A DNA stretch of 63,866 nucleotides, filler included, from Atractiella rhizophila (Eukaryota): assembly GCA_021432655.1 (NCBI GenBank). It is 6 parts of 5 records of this genome, joined end to end, with 100 filler letters (N's around TTAATTAATTAA, not from the genome) between each part and the next. Parts side by side here need not be neighbours in the genome. Positions count along the whole stretch, not along the records: positions 28,825 to 47,013 come from MU271217.1; positions 47,114 to 56,332 come from MU271233.1; 4 more parts are not named here. One strand, 5' to 3'. Below the pieces are notes generated by a model. That model was not told where the DNA came from. It worked only from the letters and a program-made list of their open reading frames with translations, and searched no databases. Shown here one piece after another: positions 41,200-54,271 of the stretch (within the stretch, counting starts at the first letter, position 1; every line of letters begins with the position of its first letter). The position numbers were made by a program, and so were the translations under genes.

Positions 41200-41460
41200 A
41201 GCTTCATGCTTCTATGGTATCATTTCTGCAGACCCAAAGCAGTGCACTTCTAAGCATCAAAAAGCTTTGATGGGGAAAGAATTTGTGGCAAAAGCCACGA
41301 TACACCCCAGTTTGCCAGGACATGTATTGAACGTATGGATGGATGCCATTGTTATGGACCACCTGACTTGCTCTATCGGGTGTTTGGACAGAGGTTGGAC
41401 ACAGATCAGGGATCTTCCATGATATTGATATCCGAACACAGGCTGTCTTGCCTATTGACA
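41200..41460 (-). mobile_element. Possible degenerate KDZ (Kyakuja-Dileera-Zisupton) transposase CxC2 relic
   Basis: LCPTSVQTPDRASQVVHNNGIHPYVQY resembles the CP...vvh.nGiH..v.y motif; stops and frameshifts follow. Confidence 0.25.
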
Positions 41461-42252
41461 TACCGATCTGTAGCATCATAATGTTCTTTTGTTTTACTCC
41501 GAAGAAACCAGCCTTGATATTTTTTTTCTCCCTACCCTTTGAGCGTTACCAGAGAAACCATCAACGAATCAACGAATCTTGCCCTCTCACATTCCTTCTG
41601 CAGTTCGGACTACGCACATAGTTTAGGCTCTTCTTCCTTTACAAAATAATAGGTTCATATCAAAAATAGGCAACTGGCGAAGCAGAACACAATCTTTGTC
41701 GTGTTGTTCTTTTCCACATTCGCGCAGAATTCTGACTCGTCTCAACTTGAATAATTGACGGAATCAAAAAATCTCGTTTGAGAGAGGTCTGACCTTTCAG
41801 AATTGTTTGAAGTATGTGTAGCCACCTGATACTTTTTCATGCGAGGAATAATGCGAAGTTCTCAGCGCCTCAGTGTCCACGAAAAATTATAGATATTCCA
41901 GCATTAAGAATAAGTATTTTAAGAGTCATTAGACAAAGACGCTCGTCTTCATTCTTTCCTCCTTTTGGCTCATTTACACGGGAGAAAGTTGTGTAGAACC
42001 ATTTTCGCGAATCGCAAATCAATCATTGTAAAACGCAGCAAGCTAGGAGAGACAAAACATTGTCCATCTATTGCTGAACTTCGGTAATATCCTGCGCGGT
42101 CTCCACCGGATGCAGCTGTTCAGTGACCGCAGAGTCCACCGACGCCATTTCGCTACAGCGATGCGCGTTTAACATTCTGGAATCAGCCAGAATTCTACCG
42201 GCCATATAGTCTCAGGTCAAAGGCAACGCAAATCCTCCCGTGTTATTACAGG

Positions 42253-43948
42253 ATGCCAAATCCTACTATTCTCCTCGTCACGCAACCTGATGCTGGTCAA
42301 TCAAACGTTCAGCTTGCACTTGTCAATGAGCTCCTCCATCTGTCCCAGTCCTCGGGCTCGTCACTTTCCCTCCATCTCGCGGCGGACCCTGAGAACGGAA
42401 AATTCCAGAGGCGTGTTGCAGCTCTCTTTTCCGCTAAGCAAGTTCGCTTTCATCCGTTGAGCGATCGTCATATTCCATCGCCAAACGAGGATTCGTTTGC
42501 CTGGTTCCGCCATGGACCCACGACTAGGGATACATGGTGGTACCGGGAAGTCTGTGGAATGATTGGAGGGCAGAAGGAACGTCACGTCCAAATGGTGGAA
42601 GAGGTTATGGCTTTGATTGAAGATCTCAAGCCGGACATGGTTGTCTGTGATCAACTCGCCATTTACGGTATCGACGCTTGTAGGACAAAGAAGCAAAAGT
42701 TCGTGGTACTCAGCCCTCTGTTCATGAGCGATGTATTCCTAGTCCCATATCAGCCTTGGTTACAGTGGTTATGGCGGTATCCCCGTTCGTACTCCTTCCG
42801 TTCGCACTCTCAGAACTGAATTTCACAAAAACAGTTCCATGGACAGGATTGCCATTTCCGCTTCCTGTTTCAAATATTTTCTGCAACATCCGCGCTTTCC
42901 TGACCATGGCATATTACATCTTTACTTCGCCTCACATCCCAGCTTTACGAAAAGCAAGATCAGCATCTGGCATCCCTGGACCTCTCCCTACCCCTCTTCC
43001 ACTCGTTGATGGCTTTCCGTTCGACGCAGAACTCTTCATCTGTGCCTCCTTTCGCGAAGCCGATCTCCCCCTCTCGCGCCTCCCAACAAACGGCATGGAA
43101 GTTGGACCCATGGTTATTGAAGACTCTTCAGTTTCCAGAGACGATGAAGGACCGTTGAGCTCCTGGCTGGATGAAGCGAAACAAGAGGGCAGAGAAGTAG
43201 TCCTCATTTGCCTTGGAACAGGCGTCCATTTCCCACGAGCTACTGGCGAGGTAGCGGGTATAGCAAGGGCAGCGAGGACAATCTGTTCCTCTTTCAGTTC
43301 TAGAGTGCTATGGAAGCTCTCTAACCTTCAATCTAATTTGGACGTCATCAACGAGACTTTTGGAGACCTTGCATTTGTATCTTTCTCTGAAGCAGGTATC
43401 GGAGGAGAAAGCAAAGACGAGTGGAAAGGAAAGGAAACTTGGGTCACAGATTGGATAGCAGAGTCAATGCCAACCATTTATTCCCATCCGGCAGTGACCA
43501 CCTTTGTTCATCACGCTGGTCCGCCCCTTCTCTCATAACTTTGAGCTCGACTGACCTAGAGCGATCTACAGGCGCCAACTCCTACCTGGAAGGGTTGAAG
43601 TACGGACTAAAGCATATTGCCCTCCCCCAATGGTGGGATTGCTACAATTCTGCAGGTTAGCCCTTCTCCTTCATCAATCGGAGGTGCACACGACTGAGAG
43701 CTGCCAAAGTCAGGATCGAGTACACTGGAGTAGGTGTCTGGGCCAACAGAAGCTCTGCACCGTTGGTGAATGAACGCGAACTTGTGACAGCGATGGAAGT
43801 GGTCATGCAAGACAAGGAGAACAAGTTCGGGTCGTCAGTTTCGAAAATGAAGGAGGCCTGTGAGACGACTGGTGGCGCTCGATCCGCCGCTGAGAAGGTT
43901 GTGGAGCTGGTCACATCCATCGCTACTTCTCGCGACGAAACGAATTAA
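42253..43948 (+). CDS. UDP-glycosyltransferase (GT1)
   Basis: N-terminal PDAGQSNVQLA, KPDMVVCD, VLICLGT, and a PSPG-like box WVTDWI..HPAVTTFVHHAGANSYLEGL..LPQWWDCY. Confidence 0.9.
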
Positions 43949-44269
43949 GTAGAAACATCCCTTAGGATATCGGTACGAGGAAGCACGGGAAAGTGTGGTA
44001 TTATATCTATTATTTCTGCCAAACAGATATTCACAGAATGAACTCTTCAGAACCAGTTGACATCTGAAAGAGTACTACGGTTAGGTATGAATTGATGTAT
44101 GTATGAACTTTTGATTTAAGCTTTTCAGTGTAAAAGCTCTGAAGTTGGCGCATCATAACAGTCGTCCCACATCTGCAACTTTTTCGTTCATACCCTATTA
44201 AAACAACCCGAAAGCACACGAAGAACCCCAAGCACGACCGAACCAACCGAACCACCATCTTCCATCCAT

Positions 44270-45425
44270 CTAATCCACCTTGACGCTCTTCGGCGCATGT
44301 AGCCTCCCCCTCTTCGTGTACGACTTAATGAAGAAATTCGAGAAGAGGACGGTGAGAGGAGTGAGGTAAGCGAGGTTGAGGACGGTCGCTAGCTTCTGTC
44401 CGTCGCTTGCGAGACATTGCGCGACGCCTGATACTTGGTCTGACACTTCGCCGAGGGGGATGCGGATGAAGAGGTAGGAAGCGGCTGTCCCGAAGCCGAC
44501 AAGGAATTGACTACATGATTGAAAAGCAGGTCAGCCAGCGAGAAAACGGTAGGAGTGAAAGCACGCACGTGATTTGCATCGTCGTTAAACTGCGTTTGAG
44601 AACTAATGGCACGTTGACTTTCATCGTCGAAAGTGCGTAATAGGTGTACATGACTATTCCATTTTATAAGCAGGAGAAAGTGGTAGAGAGAGAAAACATA
44701 CTGGTGTGGATGAAGCTGTTGAACACGCAGAAAATCCAAACTGGAAACGCTGCAAACCTGAGAGCCGCCCACATTGTGATGATGGCTCCGGCGTGATGAT
44801 ATTCTTGCAACACATGTGCCTTCTTTCCCTTGACGAGAATGATGATGGTATCTACCAGACAATCAATCAATGAGGGGCAGGAAGGAAAAGGAAAAGAACA
44901 TACCGATGACCTCATAGTATTTCGAGAGGTAAAATACATAACTCCAATTATTCAATCCCTCAGCCCAAATCCTCCCATCCATATCGCAGTACGTCCTTAC
45001 GAACCCCTGGGATCCGTGATACCAGAACGCCTTGATGAAGCTCCCATAGACGAGAGGAGCAGTCTTGCAGAACGTGGCAAAGGAGTAAATTGCCAGTAGA
45101 GCGTTGTGGGCGACGATGAGGGAGCGAGGAATGTGGAAGGATGGAGTGCATGGACGGGAGCGATTGAAATAGGAGACGGTGAGGAGGTAGACAGTTGCAA
45201 AAAGGACCGGAGTGAGCGGATGGAGAGTCCTGGATTCAGGCAAGACATAAGGTCGCTTCTTTAACATAAACAGTAATGAAGGACATACCACTCCAATAAC
45301 GGATGCGGCGCACCGTCCCCGTTCCTGTTAACGAGTCCGAAGATGTCTGGGTACTCGATTGACCAGACTTTGTTGTGCCAGAGGTATCTAGCGATTCGGG
45401 AGTCGCTGGAGAATACGGCGTCCAT
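44270..45425 (-). CDS. ELO/GNS1-SUR4 family fatty-acid elongase
   Basis: HNALLAIYS, FYLSKYYEVIDT, LQEYHH, NSFIHTxMYTYY, YLTPLTVLFSNFFIKSY. Confidence 0.92.
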
Positions 45426-46687
45426 CTTGTTCAGACTCGAAAGAGGGAGAGTTGAGATGGGATGGGTGGAAAGAGATGCTCGTGGCAAGCGAGAGTGCCT
45501 TCGGAAGCAGCCTTTTGAAGGGAGCCATCCTCCCCAACGAAGAGCTCTCCCCAAACAAATTTTTGACACGCCACGGAGACGCGTGACAAAATAATCGTGA
45601 TTACCGGCAGGTAACCGCCAGTAACCGACCGGGATTTGAAAAGAGTAATTATTCCGCCCGACGGAACCGCTGCAAACAACAAAAATTGCTCCACAATCAG
45701 TAATTAATCAGTGTTCCTGTGATTACCTGCAACGGGTTGAAGAGATTGCCGGGGAAGGCGCAACGGAGACGTTTGGAACGTGCGTGATTTACGATTTGTT
45801 GGTGGATTGGCCTGAACACTCAAAAATCAACAAATCGTCTTTGTAAGCTCCTGTGGTTTTAAGCTCACCGTGGAATGAGTGCATACTGGCGCTGTTATCA
45901 TGCTTCGGTTCGACTGTTCTATACACAACGATCCTCTTGAGACCGCAAAGATATTGCTTGCGCTTGAACCTCAGCCAGAGCGTCGTCCCTGCTCGTAAAC
46001 TGAACTCAAAAACAGGAAGATATACCATCACTCAGATCTTCAGGCTCCTCTCTATGCACATCACATCGTTGAGACCAACGGCGTGGTCTTGAATACCAGA
46101 AGTTGAGGACCATCCGTCTTTACTTTCTATGGAATGTGACTCTGACGAAGGCCTTCATGGTTCTGTCAGCTGATTCTTTTTGGGTGTCTTCTCCATGTAA
46201 TTTAGACAGAGCAGCAGACTGTTAATTGTTGCAATCCATTCTCAATTGGTTCGCCCTGCAGCGAGCAGTGTTTTAGCTTACTGCGATCTGAATTTGAAGC
46301 AGCACCTGAGTTCTGAGGGGCAGCGGCGCAAAGACACGCTTTCATCCATTGTTCTTTGCGCGACCTACTGCAAAGAATGGAAAGCTGAAGGTGCCCCAAT
46401 TTCGGGTGTGCAAACACGTCGCGACGCCAGACTCACGTCACCACTTTTGTGCACCGCCGAAGGTTTGCCCATAAACTTTATAAAAACCACTCATTCACTT
46501 GTTATTCCTCGCTCTTGCCTTTCTTTCCAAACCAATCTGAAAAAGGTCTGAAGGACTTTTGATCGACTGATTCGACGCTCAGCAGCAGGACGCTTGGATT
46601 TCTTCAGGGCTGAGTTCTTCGCTGAACTCTCCCTTTTCCTTCCTTCAACTTGTCTACGATCTACGATCTTGCCTACGATCCATCACG

Positions 46688-47013
46688 ATGCCTCTCCCTC
46701 CACGCTCTATCATCCAGACAGCTCATTTCTCGCCCTCGGCACTCTCCGCCAAAACCACCTTCTGCCCTTCCTGCCAAATCCTATCTCTTCCTCCAACGAA
46801 GGTGTCCGGTCCCTGTCCTTCGCACAATGCAGTTGTCCTCCACGTTGCCTCGTATTGTCAGCCATTCGGACACGACGTCTGCGCTGGCGTTGGGATCGAT
46901 TATGGACACATTGAGAGTGGAAGGAACTGCGCTTACGTCGTGCCGACGGAAGTGGTCACTGGAGGAACTAGGAATGGGAGACAGACGGAGAGGAGCGTGG
47001 AGGTTTGGGGAGT
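46688..47013 (+). CDS. RNase H1-like protein, N-terminal part, first catalytic Asp apparently lost (truncated at spacer)
   Basis: VVLHVASYC..AGVGIDYG..GRN..RQTERSVEVWG aligns by eye with vvYTDGsC..AGiGvyfG..rN..qTNqRAEl. Confidence 0.55.
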
Positions 47014-47113
47014 NNNNNNNNNNNNNNNNNNNNNNNNNNNNNNNNNNNNNNNNNNNNTTAATTAATTAANNNNNNNNNNNNNNNNNNNNNNNNNNNNNNN
47101 NNNNNNNNNNNNN
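47014..47113. other. Artificial contig spacer
   Basis: N-run, TTAATTAATTAA, N-run. Confidence 0.97.
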
Positions 47114-47525
47114 CGGGCTTTGGGTGAAGTCTTGGGAGTCCAGCTGCCATATGATGACACCCGTGGTGTCCATGAGAGGATGTGGCAGATCTCGCCGACC
47201 CTCATTAGGTGGGATGATCTCGAACCTGCTAGTGAGGTCGCAGTAGCGCAGGGTGTCAAGGCACTATCCTCCGGTGTTGCGGCGAAGAATTTGAAGCTGA
47301 CTGGTGGGCGGACGGGACCTTTCCCCAAAGTCGTCGAAAACTTCTACGCGACCGATGTCATCAGTCGAACGTGAGTTATCATATTCCCTTTCTCAATTTT
47401 AGTTTGTGTTATGGAGGAGTACTAATGCTACTTCGCGTGATAGGTCCATTATCATGTCTCAATGCACAAAAGCCTTCGTAGAGCAGGTCCCCTTCGATAA
47501 TTCGGAGCATCAGGTTGATGCTTAA
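47114..47525 (+). CDS. NDUFS1: Complex I 75-kDa subunit (NDUFS1), C-terminal fragment
   Basis: RALGEVLGVQLPYDD..RMWQISPTL..VENFYATDVISRTSIIMSQCTKAF. Confidence 0.9.
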
Positions 47526-47835
47526 CTTGGCTGCCTTTCATTCCCTCTCACCTTTGCTCTTGCTTGCATTGTGGCAGTAAATAGTACGTTCAAATCAAGT
47601 TATTATTGCAATCAACACAATTACATGGATGGAATATCAAGATGGTATGAGAAGTCATACGCCACAAAGGATGAATTGAAGAGCGGCGATTAGTGGATGA
47701 GATTCTACCTTCATGACACAACAGTTACTTTGGACATTTTCGATATTCACATGCGGCCCTCGGGACTCACGACCTCATTCTTCAACGAGCCCCAGTGCGT
47801 GTTGCAATCGCAAAGTCAGACAGACCCATGGAACC

Positions 47836-49313
47836 TCAGTCGAGTTCATCTTTGAGGCCATTGTCCAGAGACGGTTTTTCATCAGGGAGATCCTTATAGC
47901 CCCAGTTGACCCCAATGCGAAGAACCACCTTTCGATCTGGGTCACGCCATTCCCGCTGGGCAGCCCTGATCATTTGGTCAACTTCGTCTCGTGAAACTGC
48001 TCCTCGAAGGGTATAGCGGTAGTTGTATGCCAACACGTTAGCTAACCGTTCACCGTCTACTCCCCCAGATGTACCGACAGCTGAACTCTCATTAGCCTCA
48101 CTGTTTGGACAGATCAGATGAAGCACGGACAAAGGTCCAGAATTTGCGTCCGAACATTACACCACCCCTGGCTGACCATTATCCGGCTAATTTCGTCCCC
48201 AATGTCCCATCTAGCGTCTCGAATGCGTCCTGCTCGTCTGGGGATCAATATCAGCGATGCTCCATAAAGAAGCGCAAGATGGTTCACTTATTAGCCTCTT
48301 CCATCAATCTTGTGTGATCCCCCATGGTAGCATTTGGGCTTTCGAGTCCAACATCCTCGATGAAACATGCCATTCCCCCTGGCAAGAGGACATCGTACGC
48401 TGTTTGCACGAGATCGCTATATCGCTTAATCTACAGGGTTGTTAGTTCTCCATCGACAGGGGAAAGCGAAACCATACTCCTGAAGCTATTCGTCGCACAT
48501 GAACGAACTCATAATCGTTCCGTAGACCTTCTGGACGATTTGCATCATTAATCTATACAGATTCAGTGACCTGTGACAAGGAGGCAAGTGGGCACACTTC
48601 GAAAGTAATCATGTGGCTTCTGGATCCGAGAGCCAAGTTGGCAACGTCAAAGCCATCGAAATGGGTGAGAGGAAAGAGAGGATTCATTTCCGCCATCCTG
48701 CATCCTCACTTCAGTTACGTTGCGCCTCTCTGGCTCTGGGACGCACCACCGGCCGTTCCCACAGCCCATGTCAAGCCTTTACATCAGGTTAGAGTGATTC
48801 ATGTTTAAGAAGAACCTTACACCCTGCAGGGTCCTTGCACAATGTCATGCTCCTCGTTTTGCGCTATGGTTGCATCAGAAAAGTTTGGGAACTATTGGAC
48901 TGTACCTCCAAGATCGCGCAGGCGCAATAGAGGGTGAAAGTTGGAACCTCCCATCGCACTCTTCAACAACGAATGGATTGTATCAAGGCTGATGGAAACT
49001 TCAAGCCGTATAGTCGAGGAAGCTGAAGGACTTACTGGTCCAATGCCACCTGTTCATTCTGACAAACTTCTCAATTAAACCCTCATCACCATGGAACGCC
49101 TACAGGTAGGGGGTACGGCACATCAACCATGGAGTGAAATCTTGTTCCTTCATCATCTGTTTTGAACAACTCACTGAACGCCGAAAACCACAATAAGGGA
49201 GCTGGAGCCAGCTGCTTGGAAATTGGGACCACTCACTCCCCAGATATCAACTCCAGTCGTTCTGCCCATGGAGACGAATTTGGCACAAAATAACTTCCTT
49301 CCGACGTCGCCAT
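47836..49313 (-). CDS. LaeA-like class I SAM-dependent methyltransferase (multi-exon; start may lie further upstream)
   Basis: Spliced model gives RFHS..YPLPNEQVALDHLD..H, motif I LDMGCGNGRW, FDGFDV, FEINDAN..YEFVHVRR, AYDVLLPGG..FIE. Not obvious in the ORF track. Confidence 0.8.
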
Positions 49314-50431
49314 TACTGAAAGAGGGCTGAATAGAGGAGACAGATCGATGAACCAGCCACCCAGATTTATAGGTCTCCAGCAGTTTGTGAGAAGGTTCGG
49401 AAAATGATCCCGGTGAAGAACCTTCCAATACGAAACTTCGAAATTGGGTTTGTCGAGATTGGTGTTACATTCGGCCTGTATTTTACTTTTGAATCCGCAC
49501 AGACGTATTACCAAAGTTATAGTTGTAAAGCAGATAGAGAAACGCAAAATCGATGCGTGTTGTTATGGAGCGCGAGCGACGAACTATGTGTAAATGATTG
49601 CAAAGGAAAAGGTTGTGCCTAAAGTTGAACACTTGAACCTTGAGGATTTGATGAAGCTGGAAGACCCTTTTGTTCCCTGAGATCGTCGTTGAGATCAAGA
49701 TGAACAGCATGATTTTCTACAGGATCTCGTCCGATCTAGCTGCCAAATAGGTCAGGCGCAATTATCAGGCGGAGGAGCTGAGTTGTTTCGAAGTCTTGTT
49801 CTAATCTGAACCGATAAGCTCCTTCATCTTCAGTTTCTCAGCTCAGCTCAACGCGGTTGAGCGCAACTCTCTACTACGTCCTGTCTTCCCTCACACTCTT
49901 CATCCGCCATTCCATCGTCAGGTAGGACTTTGTTCTTGTTTTGTCTCATGCAGCCTCCCAACGCTGTCTCTTATTAATGTGCATTCCACTTGCTCGGAGC
50001 AGTTTGGGCTCTGACCAAAAGTGATGAAGCATGCAGAACCATGTATTCTCAATCCGAGCAGTTGAAAGTATGCTACACATTCATAACACGTCATAATCCA
50101 GGTCGAAACGAGACGCACTTCCGAAATGCACGCGATCCAGAACAATACACGGGAGCCATCGATGACGGACATCCGTGCAACCAAATCAAAGGGGTTTGTG
50201 GCTCCAGGTCAACCCAAACCGAAAGATATTCAATCCAACCTCGTTCGACGCGGACTGGACGAAATCTTTCGATCAGATCCCAACGCCACGAACGATCGAA
50301 AGAACACTAAAGTTGTGAATAAACAGCAAACAAATCCAAAGAAATCGAAAAGAATCCCTAACAATGACAATAGCATGATGTGCCCACCTCCTTCCATCCA
50401 TCTCTGCACTTACTTTCCACCGCCTTGCGGT

Positions 50432-52272
50432 TCATCGTCCGTTCTTCTTCCATGCCTGCCATCCTGCGCTCCCTCCTCCAGATTTCTTTGGCACCTTTGG
50501 TGTCTTTGGCATTTTAGGTTTCCCACCCATGGTGGGACCTTCGAGGAGAGATTCGACAGTGTCTATGTCCATTGCGTCTCCCAAGGGACGGGAGGTAGAT
50601 ACAGGGGGCTTGTTGAGCGGTTTGAAGGACCCGAAGGAGGTTTTGATGGCGGGAGGAGGAGGTGAGCTGTGATCAACGGGAGGAGGTGGTGGATTGTGAT
50701 CAGGAGGAGGTGGAGGGTTGTGGCCAGGAGGAGGAGGTGGTGGAGGATTGTGACCAGGAGGAGGCGGAGGAGGATTGTCACCGGGAGGAGGGTTATACAG
50801 AGGAGCTGGAGCGAAGATGTTCAGGGTTGTTGTCGCCAGAGTGGGTTTGGAACTGGAAGGTGGGGAGCCAATGATACCTGAAGAATCGAGGTCGAGCTTC
50901 TTGTACCCCGAAGACTGGAATGCTGGAGCACCGAAAGCATTGGTTGCCAGTTTGGGAGGAGAATCAGTATTCGCGTTGGCTGCATCATCTAGGAACATTA
51001 GCTAAGCTCGAGAGCGGAGCAACACACACGTACCAGTACCAATGGATTTGAACCCTGCAGAACCGACGGCCTTAAATCCACCGCCACCACCACCATTGTT
51101 TTCCAAAGGCTTAAACCCCCCTCCACCTCCTCCCCCCATCGGCTTAAATCCTCCACCTGACCCGAGGGACTTAAACCCGCCACCACTCCCACTTGAGGCA
51201 CCGAGAGGAACAGGAACAGGAATAGGGGAGGGTTTCACGGCTGCAACTGAGCCTCCACCTCGAGCCGAACCCATCAATTTAGCCAATTCCCGCTCTTCCC
51301 GCTTTCTTTCTTTCTCGCGTTTTTTCGCTAGCTCGCCTGTGGCTGCCGCCTACAAGCACGAGGAAAGGTCAACAAGAGCACGAAGACTGGTGTTTGGAAA
51401 TTGAGGAGGAAGGACAAACCTTTGCCCTTTCTGCGCGCTTCATATCTGCAAAGCGTACCTTGTGGTGATGGTCGTATGAGTTGAGATGCTCGTTGTACTG
51501 CGAAACGTTCTTGTAACTTCACAGGACGGAACATCAGTGTGAGGAACTAGAGGAGGAGAAGATTGACGCACCCTTTGTCACATTCTTCGCAGTAGAAGGC
51601 TTTGAGAGTGTTCTGTATCTCTTGTTTCACCTCTTCTTTCTTCCTTACTCCTTCCTGTATCCGACCAATCAACTCAATCAGGAAATCACTTTATGCAACG
51701 ATGAAGGAAGAACTTGCCTCCCTCTTCTTTCGCTGATCCTCGTCCTCTAATGCCTGCTTTTCACTCTCCAGATCCCTTCTCTTAAACACGCTCTCAGACA
51801 GCATGCGCGCATCTAGAGTTGCTTTTCCTAGTCCCATAAACCCTGGATTGGGATTATGAGGGATAGGATCAACACGTCCTGAATGCCACCACAGTCAACC
51901 TTTCTCCGTGTATGGAGAGAAAAAGAGCTAAGTACCCTGCTGCTTCGCTCCCAATCCATGTCCTTGAGACCACCCCATCTTCATCAACATTTGCATCCCC
52001 ACATTCCCCTCCGTCAACCTCGTCTCAGTCGTGACCTTGACAGATGCAATCTGGTTGTCCAACAACACCCTTGCCGCAGCGGCGCTCGCATCCTCGGCAT
52101 CTGAGGAGAGGATGGAGCCATAAGAAGAGTCGGAGGAGATGGAAGATGTGCGAGAGCGTGGGCGCTAGAAAGAACGGGAAGTAATGCGACGTGGATTGAG
52201 GGAGAGCACTACCTTGACACCTATGCTGCTTCCGTTTTGGGTGGAAGAAGAGGGAGGTGGATGGTATGGCAT
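50432..52272 (-). CDS. G-patch and C2H2-type zinc-finger protein (GPATCH8-like)
   Basis: NVGMQMLMKMGWSQGHGLG..GRVDPI..MGLG, FYCEECDK..YNEHLNSYDHHH, GGGFK repeats and (H/D)NPPPPP repeats. Confidence 0.85.
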
Positions 52273-52515
52273 TGTGATGTCCCCCTTTCCTTGAAGCGTG
52301 TTGGCAAGGTATTCGCAGACGGTCGTTGAGTTGTTGCTGAACTTGCCCCCAATCCTCGAACTGGTCCAACCCCTCAAGATACGTCTCCACATTTCAAAGC
52401 TCAACTTTCCAAACAGCTACACTGATTCTACCTCCATATTTCATATTTCTATCCAGGACGTAGTCTAGGGACACTGTTAGTAGTAGCTGAACGGTTGCAA
52501 CCGGCATAGTGGACC

Positions 52516-54181
52516 ATGCCTCCGCGCTCCACCTCGCCCATGGCAGCATACCGCTCCAAACGGGATTCGACACGCAAACGCGTTCTAGACCGATACACGA
52601 TCATGGGCTTCATTTCGTCTGGCACATATGGCAGGGTATACAAAGCGCGGTGTCGGTACCACGTCCAGACCCCAACTGGGTATCTGGATAACTTACCGGA
52701 GGACGACGAGGTTGAGAGTGAGGATGAGGAGAATAGGGAGATTAGGGAGATGGAGAGCGGAGAGGATAAGACCCTTGTTGCTATCAAAAAGTTTAAACCG
52801 GATAGTAGTAAGGAAGGAGAGGTGGCTAATTATACGGGGTTAAGTCAGAGCGCTATCAGGGAAATTATGGTCAGTCCTACTGCTCTTGTGGAACAATCGG
52901 TTGATGAACCAGCTTTGGGTTGTTGCGTTGGCCATGAAGTTGAACAGAGAGTTGAGCCACATTAACGTCACGACACTGCGTGAGGTGCTGCTGGAAGACA
53001 AGTCGATATACATGGTGTTCGACTATGCAGAACACGACTTTCTTGTGTGTGTCCCTCCCCTGATCCCTGCCATCCATCCCTTCATTTCATTCCGTCTCTA
53101 ACCCAATCATTTCTGTTGAAAAGCAAATAATCCACCACCACTCCACCCAACGCACGCATCTGCCCCTCGGAACTCTCAAGAGCCTGTTGTGGCAATTGGC
53201 GAACGGTATCGCTTATTTGCATGACAATTGGGTTATGCATCGGTGCGTATGCCTGTCCCCACTATGCTGTGCCTTCTATTTATCCATCTGTTCAAATTCA
53301 AAGGCGCTGACGGACAAGTGGGTAACAGGGATTTGAAACCCGCAAACATCCTTGTGAACGCTTCAGGAGTTGTAAAGATTGGCGACTTGGGACTTGCTAG
53401 GATGCATCAGGCACCTTTACAGTCGTTGTATAATTCCGATAAGCTCGTAGTCACTATTTGGTATCGTAGTCCAGATCTGTTGCTAGGTGAGCATTCTGCT
53501 ATTGCTTTGATCGAGCTGTCGAGGCTGATCCAATAGTTGGGTGGACAGGAGCAAAGCATTACACCAATTCAATAGATATGTGGTCGATGGGCTGTATTAT
53601 GGGAGAGCTGGTTGGACTGCGGCCAATGTTCAAGGTACACTTGGATGACTTTTCAATGTGAATAATGCTGACGCTTTGTGGGGTGTGGAAAGGGAGAAGA
53701 AGCGAAGCTCGAACCTGTCCACCACGGAAAGCATAACAAGCATCATTCTACTCTTCCCTTTCAAAAGGATCAATTGACCAAGATTTTCGAGATTTTGGGA
53801 GTGCCAAGCAGTGCGTTTTCTTCTCCATTCTCTCCCCCTCAGATATAGTACTCATACGTGACGTGTGGGACAGAATCGCGATGGCCTTCCATCGTAAACC
53901 TTCCAGAGTACGACACGATGCTCAAAACCTTCGACTCTTCGTTCGTTTCCTCTCCCCTTTCCTCCTCATGTGCTGACAATCGACATGGCTGTTGTTGATG
54001 GGGATTAGAAAATACACTAATCAACTCTACGGTTGGTACAATTCCCGACAACCCCGTCCCTCCCAAGCATCCTTCGACTTTCTATCCAACCTACTCGCTT
54101 ACGATCCGACGAAACGACTCACGGCGAAAGAGGCTCTCTACCACAAGTGGTGGTCGGAGGAGCCAAAACCATTGATGAAGT
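52516..54181 (+). CDS. SSN3: Mediator kinase CDK8/Ssn3/Srb10 (3' end lost in gap)
   Basis: [59 protein letters not shown]. Confidence 0.95.
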
Positions 54182-54271
54182 GAGTATCCGTTTCCCCACA
54201 TAGCCTCCTCTTCCTCCCCATCAATAATGGACGCGATATTCTAAATTCGATTATTTGGTCAGCGCCCTCTC

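Noticed and set aside
45840..46050. MULE/FAR1-like relic (FTSRDDALAEVQAQA, minus strand)
   Set aside because: Too short and frameshifted to support a call.
50650..51200. GGAGGAGG-type repeat arrays as CRISPR or satellite
   Set aside because: They encode the poly-Pro and GGGFK repeats of the G-patch protein; there is no spacer structure.
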